From contig CAZSYD010000008.1 of NCBI GenBank assembly GCA_964611355.1, positions 1 through 64,000 of the forward strand: a stretch of DNA of 64,000 nucleotides, written 5' to 3'. This document shows, one piece after another, positions 10,400 through 19,888 of the stretch (position 1 is the first letter of the stretch; every line of letters starts with the position of its first letter). The stretch is from an uncultured Ignavibacteriales bacterium (GTDB lineage: Bacteria; Zixibacteria; MSB-5A5; GN15; JAAZOE01). Under the pieces are notes generated by a model. It ran no database searches. It had not been told where the DNA came from and saw only the letters and a list, made by a program, of their open reading frames with translations. The translations under genes and the position numbers were made by a program.

Positions 10400-10942
10400 C
10401 TAATTGCCCGTGTATGCCGCCGTCAAAACGATATCGCCGGTGTAATCTCCGCCGGTCTGCCAAACGGCCGGTACGACCGTGCCGCCAATCCATACAATGA
10501 TCGTCCCGTCAATTGCGCCAAGGTCCTTGGGCGCGCTCGGACCGTTGGGATTCAGTTCCCCGGCGGGAGCCGTCTGTCCTCCGCCGGTGCCGTCATCGTA
10601 GGCGGCGTCGGAATTGCCGAAATTAATCGGTAAACTGGCGATGGAATCGACAGTGTACATGTATGTCGGTAGAACGAAATCGATGGTCACCTCGGATGAA
10701 GGTGTGCCGGTTATCGTCCACTGGCCGGCAAAGGTCCCGTCGGTTTGTTTATCTACCGATTTGTTTACTCCGGGCATCACCGATCCGAAATTGAGGTCGC
10801 GATTGCCGTCAACCCTCAGACCCGAAATAACCGTGGCAATAGCCTGAATAGTGCCGCTTTCCTGGGCCTTTGTTTCCGGTGCGGTTGCCAGTACGAAAAA
10901 TCCGGCAAACAGCACCAACCAGAGTTTCCCTTTTATCTTCAT
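10400..10942 (-). CDS. pilin subunit (DUF4402-like), first gene of the cluster
   Basis: Signal peptide, DLNFG, VWIGGTV, GDYTGDIVLTAAY. Confidence 0.75.
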   Translation of the reverse strand: MKIKGKLWLVLFAGFFVLATAPETKAQESGTIQAIATVISGLRVDGNRDLNFGSVMPGVNKSVDKQTDGTFAGQWTITGTPSSEVTIDFVLPTYMYTVDSIASLPINFGNSDAAYDDGTGGGQTAPAGELNPNGPSAPKDLGAIDGTIIVWIGGTVVPAVWQTGGDYTGDIVLTAAYTGN

Positions 10943-10990
10943 CTCTCAATTCCCCCAGAGAAATTGTTGTGTGTTTCCGAGACCGATCAA

Positions 10991-11006
10991 TGCAAGGCTG
11001 GTGCCG
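10991..11006 (-). promoter_or_regulatory. sigma-54 (-24/-12) promoter of the pilus cluster
   Basis: Minus strand CGGCACCAGCCTTGCA = GG-N10-GC, ~50 nt upstream of the start codon. Confidence 0.7.
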
Positions 11007-11261
11007 CGTCGTTCACGATAACATAATCAATTGTCGGACAAACGATTAGGTGTGTCGCCAGCCGTCGGCCGAATCATACCGATTGAGAATATATGGGGTT
11101 TTGCCCCCATCCCTTCCGGGCAACTCCATGATATTGATTAGGTTAAGAGTTTATTCAAGGTGTCGAAAAAAATCTTTAATGAATCAAGGGGCTGATCTGT
11201 CGCGGTTCGATTGCTAATTTGCTGGATTCAATCAAATTGGTGAAGCTCACCGATAAAAAAA

Positions 11262-12854
11262 ATGTATGAATCGGCTAAACCGGTATGGGAAAATTCCGAT
11301 ACACATAATAAGAGTTGCTGTTCAAATTTCGAACAGCGAAATAAAAAAATGCGAGCAGAAGCAAAAAAGATGATGGTCTCGCGACAACACAAGATAGTCA
11401 TTCTGTTGGCTGCGCTGATCTTTACTGCCGCTTCTGCGTCGGGGCAGGATTCGCTCTGGTCCGACAGTTACGGCGGCTATTACAATGAGTGCGGTCATTC
11501 GGCGGTCAGGCTGAGCAATGGAGATCTGCTGCTTGTCGGATCGACTTTTTCCTATGGCTCCGGTGATTATGATATCTATCTGGTTAAGGTGGATTCGACC
11601 GGTACTATGATATGGTCGAAAACGTACGGCGGCTCCGGCACAGAATACGGATACGATATCCAGATGACTTCCGACAGCGGTTTTGTGATTGTCGGATCGA
11701 CAACCTCATCGGGAAGCGGTAAAAGCGATCTTTACCTGATTAAAATAAATGCTTCCGGCACGGAGTTATGGTCAAAAACATATGGCGGCTCCGAAGATGA
11801 CTTCGGAAGCTCGGTCAGGATGACTTCCGACAGCGGTTTTATTATCTGCGGGACGACCAGTTCGTTTGGAAGCGGAACCGATATTTATTTTATCAAAACC
11901 GACAGCCTGGGAGATTCAAGCTGGACAAAAACCTACGGCGGCTCTTCCGGAGAATCGGGGTCAGCCGTCCGCCTTGCCGCTGACAGCGGGTATATAATTA
12001 TCGGCCATACCGGCTCCTATGGCACCGGATACAGCAGTATTTACCTGGTCAGAACCGGCGAGATGGGCGATACACTCTGGACCGCCAATTATGGCGGCAA
12101 TCGAGCTGATTTGGGTTATTGTGTGGAGCCGACTAATGACAAGGGATATATCCTGGCTGGCGCCACCGCGCCTGACGGAGAAAATTTCTATGATGCTTAC
12201 CTGATAAAAGTCGATTCGTTCGGAGTAACCACATGGGACAGTACATATGGCGGATCATATGGAGATATGGCCTATTCGGTTCAGACGACGTCCGACGGCG
12301 GGTATATCCTTGCGGGAACCTCCGAAGTCAACGGCGGTCGAAAGATTGATATTTTCATGGTCAAAACCGACGCCGCCGGAGATATCGAATGGGACAGTAC
12401 TTATGGAGGCGCCGAAGCCGATTATTGCCGTTCAGTGCTGGTTGACCCGCAGGGTGACTATCTGGGCGTCGGTTATACTTATTCATCCACATCCGGAGGA
12501 TCGGATGTTTACCTGATTAAAATCCAGGCGGCCGGTGGGACTGCCGTAGACCCGTTCGAACCGGCGCTTCCCTCGGACAGGTTTACCCTTTCGCAGAATT
12601 TTCCCAATCCGTTTAATATATCGACACGGATTGAATTCGAACTGCCGCGACGCGCGTCTTACAGCCTGACTATTTACAATGTCCTCGGCCAGGTAATCCG
12701 ACGCTGGGAGGATAACGCTGTCCCGCCCGGCCGGTATTTGCTCCACTGGGACGGGCGCGACGATTATGGTTGCGTTGTCGCTTCGGGCATTTATTTCTAT
12801 CAACTGCAGGCGGCCGATTTCCATGAAGCAAAAAAGATGGTTTTGTTGAAGTGA
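11262..12854 (+). CDS. secreted beta-propeller repeat protein with FlgD-Ig/T9SS-like C-terminal sorting domain
   Basis: Repeats W.KTYGG...D.G...G.T.S.G.G..D.Y.IK.D; C-terminal LSQNFPNPFN...WDGRD...SGIYFY...KKMVLLK; real start probably ~11350-11370. Confidence 0.85.
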   Translation: MYESAKPVWENSDTHNKSCCSNFEQRNKKMRAEAKKMMVSRQHKIVILLAALIFTAASASGQDSLWSDSYGGYYNECGHSAVRLSNGDLLLVGSTFSYGSGDYDIYLVKVDSTGTMIWSKTYGGSGTEYGYDIQMTSDSGFVIVGSTTSSGSGKSDLYLIKINASGTELWSKTYGGSEDDFGSSVRMTSDSGFIICGTTSSFGSGTDIYFIKTDSLGDSSWTKTYGGSSGESGSAVRLAADSGYIIIGHTGSYGTGYSSIYLVRTGEMGDTLWTANYGGNRADLGYCVEPTNDKGYILAGATAPDGENFYDAYLIKVDSFGVTTWDSTYGGSYGDMAYSVQTTSDGGYILAGTSEVNGGRKIDIFMVKTDAAGDIEWDSTYGGAEADYCRSVLVDPQGDYLGVGYTYSSTSGGSDVYLIKIQAAGGTAVDPFEPALPSDRFTLSQNFPNPFNISTRIEFELPRRASYSLTIYNVLGQVIRRWEDNAVPPGRYLLHWDGRDDYGCVVASGIYFYQLQAADFHEAKKMVLLK

Positions 12855-12911
12855 GTTGGATTATCGAAGTGGCCCATTCATCTTCTTGAACATATCACTT
12901 TGCGAACACGC

Positions 12912-12943
12912 AAAAAAAAACGGCACCGGGAAGGCGCCGTTTT
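12912..12943. terminator. bidirectional intrinsic terminator
   Basis: A9-CGGCACC-gggaa-GGCGCCG-TTTT between convergent genes. Confidence 0.7.
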
Positions 12944-12969
12944 AGTCCAGGTTGTATTATCACGAAGCT

Positions 12970-13569
12970 TTATTTTCTACGACGGAGAAGTCCCAGCCCG
13001 GTCAGACCGACGCCAAAGAGCAACATCGTGGCCGGTTCGGGAATGGCGCTGGTGCTGACTACTAAGGTAACTCTCTCTATCACGTAATAGTGGCAATCGG
13101 GGTCGAAGGAAAAACCGAAGTTACCGTCAACCGCGAAATCGGTCAGATCATCGATAAGATCAAGATCATTGAAATTGAAGCTGAGGTTGGTTCTGTTTTC
13201 ATAACCGCCGATCGGGTCTGACCAAGTGGCGATAGGGACATCCAAACCGCCAAAGTAATCCTCAAAGCCGGAATTGGGGTCGTCAAATTCGGTTATACCG
13301 AGGGCGGCGTTATCACGGAGGTTCATATAGAGGAAGTTTTCTTCAGCCCGCCAATTGTAGATGCCTTTGAAAGTCAAAGTTGCGCTGTAGATTTCATCGT
13401 CCACATCCCACAATGTTCCCAGGCCCCATGTGTATGCCTTGTCATGATTCAGGCCGCCATTGAGCGGGCTGAAAGCATCAGTGGCGTAAGTGTATATGGC
13501 TGCCTGCGTAGAAACGGCGCCGAAAAGCATGGTGGCCAGGACGGCTGCTATGGTTAATGTCTTTTTCAT
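12970..13569 (-). CDS. PEP-CTERM sorting domain protein
   Basis: Signal peptide; C-terminal IPEPATMLLFGVGLTGLGLLRRRK. Confidence 0.92.
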   Translation of the reverse strand: MKKTLTIAAVLATMLFGAVSTQAAIYTYATDAFSPLNGGLNHDKAYTWGLGTLWDVDDEIYSATLTFKGIYNWRAEENFLYMNLRDNAALGITEFDDPNSGFEDYFGGLDVPIATWSDPIGGYENRTNLSFNFNDLDLIDDLTDFAVDGNFGFSFDPDCHYYVIERVTLVVSTSAIPEPATMLLFGVGLTGLGLLRRRK

Positions 13570-13625
13570 ACCGGATCAACTCCTTTGTTATCGATAAGGC
13601 ATTATATTTCTTTGCCTATAAATTG

Positions 13626-13642
13626 AGCAAATAACGGGCCAA
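13626..13642 (-). promoter_or_regulatory. sigma-54 promoter of the PEP-CTERM gene
   Basis: Minus strand TTGGCCCGTTATTTGCT (GG-N10-GC); TGT-N11-ACA boxes at 13727-13743 and 13820-13836. Confidence 0.75.
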
Positions 13643-14043
13643 AAACGCGACCATGTCTCAATACATTGAAACATAACAAGTTATCACAAGATAATAAAGA
13701 ATAGACGATATGCCGGGCAAAAAAAGTGTCAAGTTTCTTTACACCCCCAATATCAATATGTCCTTCTGTGGTTATGATACTGCATTTAAGTTCAACAGGT
13801 TAGAAGATTTAAGGGGCATTGTCCGGAAATGCTACATTTTATTCTATGATTCGACTTTGGAAGCCCCGAATTTTATCCTGCGCAAAAAAAAGACGGCGCA
13901 ACGCATAGGCCTTCCAAAAATTTCAATGCCTTGTAGCAATAGTACTTACGGCAAATAGCGTTATATATTAAATCCGGCGCCTAATACAAAGCGGCGGCCT
14001 TACGACCGCCGCGTATTGGTTTGGATCGAGGGAAGATCAAAGA

Positions 14044-15666
14044 CTATACGCTCGATACTGCGGCGCCTGTCGGCCCGGCCTTTTTCACCTCATCAGGAAC
14101 GTCTTTGGCAAACCCGGCGAAATTCTCGTGGAAACGGCGGGCCAGGTCTTTCGCCTTTTCGTCATAGGCGCTTTTATCCAGCCAGGTCTGGCGAGGATTG
14201 AGGATCTCCGGCGGAACGTCAGGGCAGGCCTGGGGAACATTCAGGCCAAAGATGGGATCTTTTTCGTAAGGCACGTTATCGAGTTTGCCTGAAAGCGCCC
14301 CGCGGACAATGGCGCGCGTGTACGGCAGCGACATCCTTTCACCGATGCCGTACGGCCCGCCGGTCCAGCCGGTATTGATAAGCCAGCAGCTGACCTTGTG
14401 CCTGGCGATTTTTTCCCTCAGGAGCTTGCTATAGACGGTCGGGGGCAGAGCCATGAACGGTGCTCCGAAACATGTGCTGAAAGTCGCTTTGGGTTCGTCG
14501 CCCATTCCGACTTCGGTACCGGCCACCTTGGCGGTATAGCCGGAGATAAACTGGTAGCCGGCCTGTTCCGGCGTCAGGCGGCTGACCGGCGGCAGAACGC
14601 CGAAAGCGTCGCACGTCAACATGACGATATTTTTCGGATGCCCGGCGGTACCTTCCCTGATGGTGTTGGGAATATGGCTGATGGGATAAGCGGCGCGAGT
14701 GTTTTCGGTCAACGAATTGTCGTTCAGGTCAACATGCCTCGTATCGATATCGAAAGCGACGTTTTCAAGAATGGTTCCGAATTTTCGGGTGGTTTCGTAG
14801 ATATCAGGTTCATCTTCTTCCGAAAGACGGATAACCTTGGCGTAACAGCCGCCCTCGAAGTTAAATATTCCTTTCTTTGACCAGCCGTGCTCGTCGTCGC
14901 CGATTAATCTGCGCTCCTTGTCGGCTGAGAGAGTCGTTTTGCCGGTGCCGGAGAGACCGAAGAACAATGCCGTATCATCATTGGGACCGACGTTTGCCGA
15001 GCAGTGCATCGATAAAATATTTTGCGTCGGCAGAAGGAAATTGAGCACGGTGAAGATAGACTTTTTGATTTCACCAGCGTAACTGGTCCCGCCAATCAGC
15101 ACCATTTTCTTCTCAAAACTCAATAGAATAAAGGCCTCGCTGTTGGTGCCGTCAATTTCGGGAATGGCGCGAAATTCCGGCATAGCAAGGACGGTAAATT
15201 CCGGTATATGTTCTTGCCTTTCCCCGGGGTCGTGAATTTGCCGGAACATATTCCGCGCAAACAGGCTTTGCCAGGCCTTTTCGGTAATAACGCGGATTGG
15301 TACCTGGAATTCCGGATCGGCTCCGGCGTGGCAGTCCTGAACAAAAATGTCTTTGCCCTGCAGGTAAGCCTGCAGTCGAAGGAAAATGGCCCTGAATTTT
15401 TCGGGATCAAACGACCTGTTGACATCTCCCCACCAGACCTTGTCGGCGCTGATACTATCCTTGACTATAAACCGGTCGTTGGGGCTGCGGCCGGTATGGT
15501 AGCCGGTACGTACGACGATAGGACCCAAATGCGAGATATAACCCTCGTGCCGCTTGACGATTTCTTCATAAAGCTGAGGCGTGGTGGCATTCCAGTAGAC
15601 GTTTCCGAGATTAGTCAACCCGAGCTGATCGAGGGTTTTGCTGCTTCCATGAGACATAACCTGCAT
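14044..15666 (-). CDS. pckA: phosphoenolpyruvate carboxykinase (ATP)
   Basis: TGRSP, YAGEIKKS, GLSGTGKTTLS P-loop, IGDDEHGW, NFEGGCYAK, FSTCFGAPF. Confidence 0.97.
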   Translation of the reverse strand: MQVMSHGSSKTLDQLGLTNLGNVYWNATTPQLYEEIVKRHEGYISHLGPIVVRTGYHTGRSPNDRFIVKDSISADKVWWGDVNRSFDPEKFRAIFLRLQAYLQGKDIFVQDCHAGADPEFQVPIRVITEKAWQSLFARNMFRQIHDPGERQEHIPEFTVLAMPEFRAIPEIDGTNSEAFILLSFEKKMVLIGGTSYAGEIKKSIFTVLNFLLPTQNILSMHCSANVGPNDDTALFFGLSGTGKTTLSADKERRLIGDDEHGWSKKGIFNFEGGCYAKVIRLSEEDEPDIYETTRKFGTILENVAFDIDTRHVDLNDNSLTENTRAAYPISHIPNTIREGTAGHPKNIVMLTCDAFGVLPPVSRLTPEQAGYQFISGYTAKVAGTEVGMGDEPKATFSTCFGAPFMALPPTVYSKLLREKIARHKVSCWLINTGWTGGPYGIGERMSLPYTRAIVRGALSGKLDNVPYEKDPIFGLNVPQACPDVPPEILNPRQTWLDKSAYDEKAKDLARRFHENFAGFAKDVPDEVKKAGPTGAAVSSV

Positions 15667-16023
15667 TTATTTACTCCTTTACTCCAAGTTTTCTTATTCT
15701 CCCCGGCATAGACTGGCGTCCGGTTTCGCCATTGGGGCCTTTCAATAGATCGGCAGACGGTTTATATAGGTTAAACCTATAACACATTACGTCTATTAAA
15801 TCAATATCTGTGCGGGATACATGCGAAGAATCCCCATAGAGTATTAAGGCAGTGTTTCCGAGCCTGTAAGCGATTTTTTTCCGTGATATCTCTGCAGGAA
15901 ATCATTATCATGGGTTTGGCGAGCGGGAAGCGTGTAGAATGCCTGATGATAGGATTGGGGAATGGTTAAGAATTTTAAAAAGCAGGCTGAAAATAATACT
16001 CAAAATCCAAAAGGCTCGATTTT

Positions 16024-16473
16024 ATGAAGAAATTTCTGGGCAATTTTTTCGGCAATCGGCAGGAGACGGTTCCGGATAAAACCGATCCGGAGCGAAATCT
16101 CCAGATTGCCACGGCGGCCCTGCTTCTGGAAATCGCCGGCGTCGACGATGAGTTCACCGATGACGAACGGAATGAAATTGTTGCGACCCTGAAAAGCCGC
16201 TTCAATATTACTACCGATGAGGTAGATAATATACTTGAAGCAACTCGTGGGGAGCTTGGAAAACGGATCGACCTCTACTTTTTTACCAACCGGATCAACG
16301 AACACTTTGATAACGCTGAAAAAATAGAAATTATCGAGATGGTCTGGCGGGTGATCTATGCCGACCGGCACCTCGACGGTCACGAGGATTTCCTCGTCCA
16401 CCGCCTTGCCAAACTTTTAAGGCTTCAGCATTCCCAGCTTATCGACGCCAAGCTGCGGGTTAAGCGATCGTGA
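16024..16473 (+). CDS. TerB-family (tellurite-resistance-like) protein
   Basis: ATAALLLEIAGVDDEFTDDER...VWRVIYADRHLDGHEDFLVHRLAKLL. Confidence 0.85.
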   Translation: MKKFLGNFFGNRQETVPDKTDPERNLQIATAALLLEIAGVDDEFTDDERNEIVATLKSRFNITTDEVDNILEATRGELGKRIDLYFFTNRINEHFDNAEKIEIIEMVWRVIYADRHLDGHEDFLVHRLAKLLRLQHSQLIDAKLRVKRS

Positions 16474-16476
16474 CAT

Positions 16477-16505
16477 AAAAAAAGGACGGCCGGCGCCGTC
16501 CCCTT
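16477..16505 (-). terminator. intrinsic terminator between convergent genes
   Basis: A7-GGACGGC-cggc-GCCGTCC. Confidence 0.6.
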
Positions 16506-16528
16506 ATATCGATTTCGGTTCAGGTTTT

Positions 16529-17758
16529 TTATTCTATGACTTCCAGAACATTTATGTTCCTCTTTTTCAGTTCTTCCATAAATCGATCGTAGGCTTTTCC
16601 CTTGATACAGTCTTCAGGTGGAACTATACCTTTCTCCGTGATCAGGCCTTCCATGATAAGCTTGGCGGCAATGGCGCAGGGAAAACCGGTGACCCGCATC
16701 ATCGAGGACATCCCGTTTTCTTTATCGGCTTCATCCCACATGAAATGCTCGATTTTTATCGGTTTGCCGTTTTTAATCCCCTTGGTAGTATTGTACATGA
16801 CACAGACATCGGTTTCGCCATCAAGCGGCCGGAGTTTGGGCGTTATAAGAGAAAGCAGGAACTCACGGGGAACGATCCTGGCGCCGTTAAAATCCTGCGG
16901 TTCGATATCTAGTAACCCGCATTCCTTCAGGGTATCGACGCCCGGCCAGTGCCCGGGCCAGCGGACGGTTTTTTCGGCGAATTCCTTAAGCTCCGGCCGG
17001 GAGTAGATAAAGCTGGGCATGCCGGGGGTTACCGCGCATTGCAGCTCCTCGTTTTGGCCGAATTTGCTGAATTGGAATGTTTCGCGATCGCCGATGGCCG
17101 GCACTTCGACGACTTTACCGTCCTTGATTACATTAAGCTTGATCATATACTCCCGCAGGACATGTTCAAAGGCCCATGTAATCATATACCTGAGGGGATG
17201 TTTTGCCGCATATTCTTTGGCCGGAATGCCGCCGACGCGGGCTATGGCCGATTCTGCAGTGTCCATTTTCCGGATAGCTTCGCCGACGGTTACATTGCTT
17301 AAGCCCGGGGCAAAACCCATGCCGTCGATGAAAGTGACCCCATTGGCGATGGCGGTATCGTGCAACCAGTCCCCGTATTCGTTGAGGGTTTCCCCCCCGG
17401 GGAGTTCCAAACCCTCGATTTCATATGTGTCCGGACGACGGTGATACTCCTCGAGCATATCAACCACGTTCAGGCCTGCTTCAATGGCAGAATGAATCAT
17501 TCTATAACTTGTCCGGCGATTCGGCATTGCGTTGATTCCGACGTCGTATTCCTTCATCAGTTTGATCGCCAATTCCCTGTCGTTGACGTCAAGAACATGC
17601 GGGACAATCTTGTCGCTGCCCACCCATTGTTTGACCTTTTCCAGCTTATCTTTCCGCCGCCCCGTTATGCCTATGGCCTTGATGTCTTTATCCTTAGCCA
17701 GGTCCCATGTTACCGCGGAACCGATTTTTCCCGAACCGCCAAATACCAAAGCTTTCAT
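16529..17758 (-). CDS. saccharopine dehydrogenase-family NAD(P) oxidoreductase (lysine 6-dehydrogenase-like)
   Basis: GGSGKIG Rossmann motif, GMGFAPGLSN, VGGIP, EKTVRWPGH, SSMMRVTGFP. Confidence 0.88.
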   Translation of the reverse strand: MKALVFGGSGKIGSAVTWDLAKDKDIKAIGITGRRKDKLEKVKQWVGSDKIVPHVLDVNDRELAIKLMKEYDVGINAMPNRRTSYRMIHSAIEAGLNVVDMLEEYHRRPDTYEIEGLELPGGETLNEYGDWLHDTAIANGVTFIDGMGFAPGLSNVTVGEAIRKMDTAESAIARVGGIPAKEYAAKHPLRYMITWAFEHVLREYMIKLNVIKDGKVVEVPAIGDRETFQFSKFGQNEELQCAVTPGMPSFIYSRPELKEFAEKTVRWPGHWPGVDTLKECGLLDIEPQDFNGARIVPREFLLSLITPKLRPLDGETDVCVMYNTTKGIKNGKPIKIEHFMWDEADKENGMSSMMRVTGFPCAIAAKLIMEGLITEKGIVPPEDCIKGKAYDRFMEELKKRNINVLEVIE

Positions 17759-18080
17759 AAGGTAATTCCTCCGTTCATTGTTGTTAGCGCTTTTAAAGTC
17801 TGCATAATCTCAGACTTGCCGCCTGATTTCGATATTGAGGTAACATTTTGCGTGGTTTGGCGTAAAAGTCAAGAGGTATTGGATAATTTTACAGCTTGTG
17901 GCAGCTAAACTCCGGAAGGGTTCTCATACATGCCCAATAGGGAAAATATGGGGCTATTGACCGCTGACTTTGTGAAAAAATGAACTTGCCAGAACAGACT
18001 TTGGTTGTTATATACAGGCTGGCCCCTGCCCGTGAAAGGCCGGAAAGAAACTGAACGGAAAAGATTCCTGACTTCTGGAG

Positions 18081-19385
18081 GTGCCTATGAAAATACAGGA
18101 TACCAAAACTGAGCGGATTGAAAAAACCAATACATTGGGATTCTCCGCGCTGAGTGATGATGAAATTATCGGCTTTGAAGAACAATTCGGCGCTTGTCAT
18201 TATAGCCGCTTGAAAATAGTTATCCGCAAAGCGGAAGGCGCCTGGCTTTATACTCAGGGCGGCAAAAAGATTTTGGATTGCCTGGCTGCTTATTCGGCCG
18301 CCAACCCCGGGCATAATCACCCCAAAATCGTCAATGCCGCCATTAAGGCGCTTCAATGCGGTTATTCATCGGTTATTTCCAACGTCGTATATACGGACCT
18401 GCTGGCCCTGCTTTCCAGGCGTGTCGCAGAATTATTGCCTCAACTGGCGCCTCGGTTCGGCAGCAACGGGAACAAGGTGTTGCCAAAGAACGGCGGCGTT
18501 GAATCGGTTACCACGGCTATCAAACTGGCTCGCTATTTTGGCTATAAGCAAAAAGGGATACCGGACGGCAAACAGGAAATAATAGTTTTTGATAACAATT
18601 TCCACGGGCGGACAATTTCGGTTATTTCGTTCTCCTCGTCCAGGAAGTATAAAGAAGGATTTGGTCCGCTGGTCTCCGGCTTTGTTTCGGTTCCGTATGG
18701 GGATGTGGAGGCGGTCAAAAAAGCGATCACGCCCAACACCTGTGGTATCCTGGTCGAGCCTATGCAGGGCGAGGGTGGCATGTATATCCCGCCCGACGGT
18801 TTCCTGACGGGCCTGCGAGAACTGGCCGACGACAACGATCTGCTCCTCATGTTTGACGAGATTCAGGTCGGCCTTGGGCGCACCGGCAAGATGTTCTGTT
18901 TCGAGCATGAAAACGTTATTCCCGATGCGGTTATCCTCGGCAAAGCTATCTCCGGCGGCCTTGCTCCATTGTCGGTTATGGTAACCAATACCGAATTGAT
19001 GGATATAGTCTTCACTCCCGGCTCCGACGGTTCCACTTTTGGCGGGTATCCTTATGCCTGCGCCTGCGGACTGGCGGCGCTGGATGTTGTCGAGAAGGAG
19101 AATCTTCCGCGGCGGTCAGCGGAAATAGGCAAAATCCTCAAGGACAAGATCCTGGATATCGCCTCCCGCTCATCGCATGTCAAAGAAGTCCGGGGTCGGG
19201 GCTTATTTATCGGCATAGAGGTTAAATCGGGCGACGCCATGGTTTACTGTCGTAAGCTGCTTGAGATGAATATGCTGGCTAACGACAGCCACCATCATAC
19301 CATTCGTATCAGTCCGCCGCTGATAATCGGTGAAACTGAAGTGGATTATATCGCCGAGCGTCTTGAAAAGGTCCTTGTCGATTGA
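18081..19385 (+). CDS. rocD: ornithine aminotransferase (class III PLP enzyme)
   Basis: DCLAAYSAANPGH, NNFHGRT, EPMQGEGG, DEIQVGLGRTG, LGKAISGG, STFGG. Confidence 0.85.
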   Translation: MPMKIQDTKTERIEKTNTLGFSALSDDEIIGFEEQFGACHYSRLKIVIRKAEGAWLYTQGGKKILDCLAAYSAANPGHNHPKIVNAAIKALQCGYSSVISNVVYTDLLALLSRRVAELLPQLAPRFGSNGNKVLPKNGGVESVTTAIKLARYFGYKQKGIPDGKQEIIVFDNNFHGRTISVISFSSSRKYKEGFGPLVSGFVSVPYGDVEAVKKAITPNTCGILVEPMQGEGGMYIPPDGFLTGLRELADDNDLLLMFDEIQVGLGRTGKMFCFEHENVIPDAVILGKAISGGLAPLSVMVTNTELMDIVFTPGSDGSTFGGYPYACACGLAALDVVEKENLPRRSAEIGKILKDKILDIASRSSHVKEVRGRGLFIGIEVKSGDAMVYCRKLLEMNMLANDSHHHTIRISPPLIIGETEVDYIAERLEKVLVD

Positions 19386-19410
19386 TATATGACCGTGATG
19401 TGAATTAATT

Positions 19411-19441
19411 CAGCCCGCTGTCTGGCGGGCTGTTTTTTTTT
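19411..19441 (+). terminator. intrinsic terminator after rocD
   Basis: CAGCCCGC-tgtctg-GCGGGCTG followed by a T run. Confidence 0.8.
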
Positions 19442-19693
19442 AGGTTGACTTACGTGTGAGCCTCCGGCGGAGCGAGAAGCCATAGACCAATCGGGGATTT
19501 TTATATCCTTGACTTGGAAAAGAACGTCTGGATAAAACAGTCGGAACCGGATGAAAACCATCCGGATTAATCCAAACTGCGATCTTTTTTCACATCCGTA
19601 AATGATCTCGCGAGTATTTCTCTTCCGGAGGTAATTACCTTAAATATCAAGTTATCCGGTGATTACGGCCGGTTGTAACATTAGATATTTGGC

Positions 19694-19722
19694 TTGACTT
19701 GGTTTGGCGGCTGGCTTAAATT
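19694..19722 (+). promoter_or_regulatory. candidate sigma-70 promoter of the triplicated membrane operon
   Basis: TTGACT-N17-TAAATT ~170 nt upstream of 19889. Confidence 0.45.
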
Positions 19723-19888
19723 TAGTCTTTATTTTTGCTATCGGTCATCGGCCGGCTGCCATGGTTCTTGTGAAACGCATGCCGATAAACGGCGGACTGG
19801 TTTTTATCGTCTGATGATTAAACAAAATGGGTTACGTTCGCGTTTGACGGCAGTTATAGCGCGATGACCGAAAATATAAGGAATCGTT

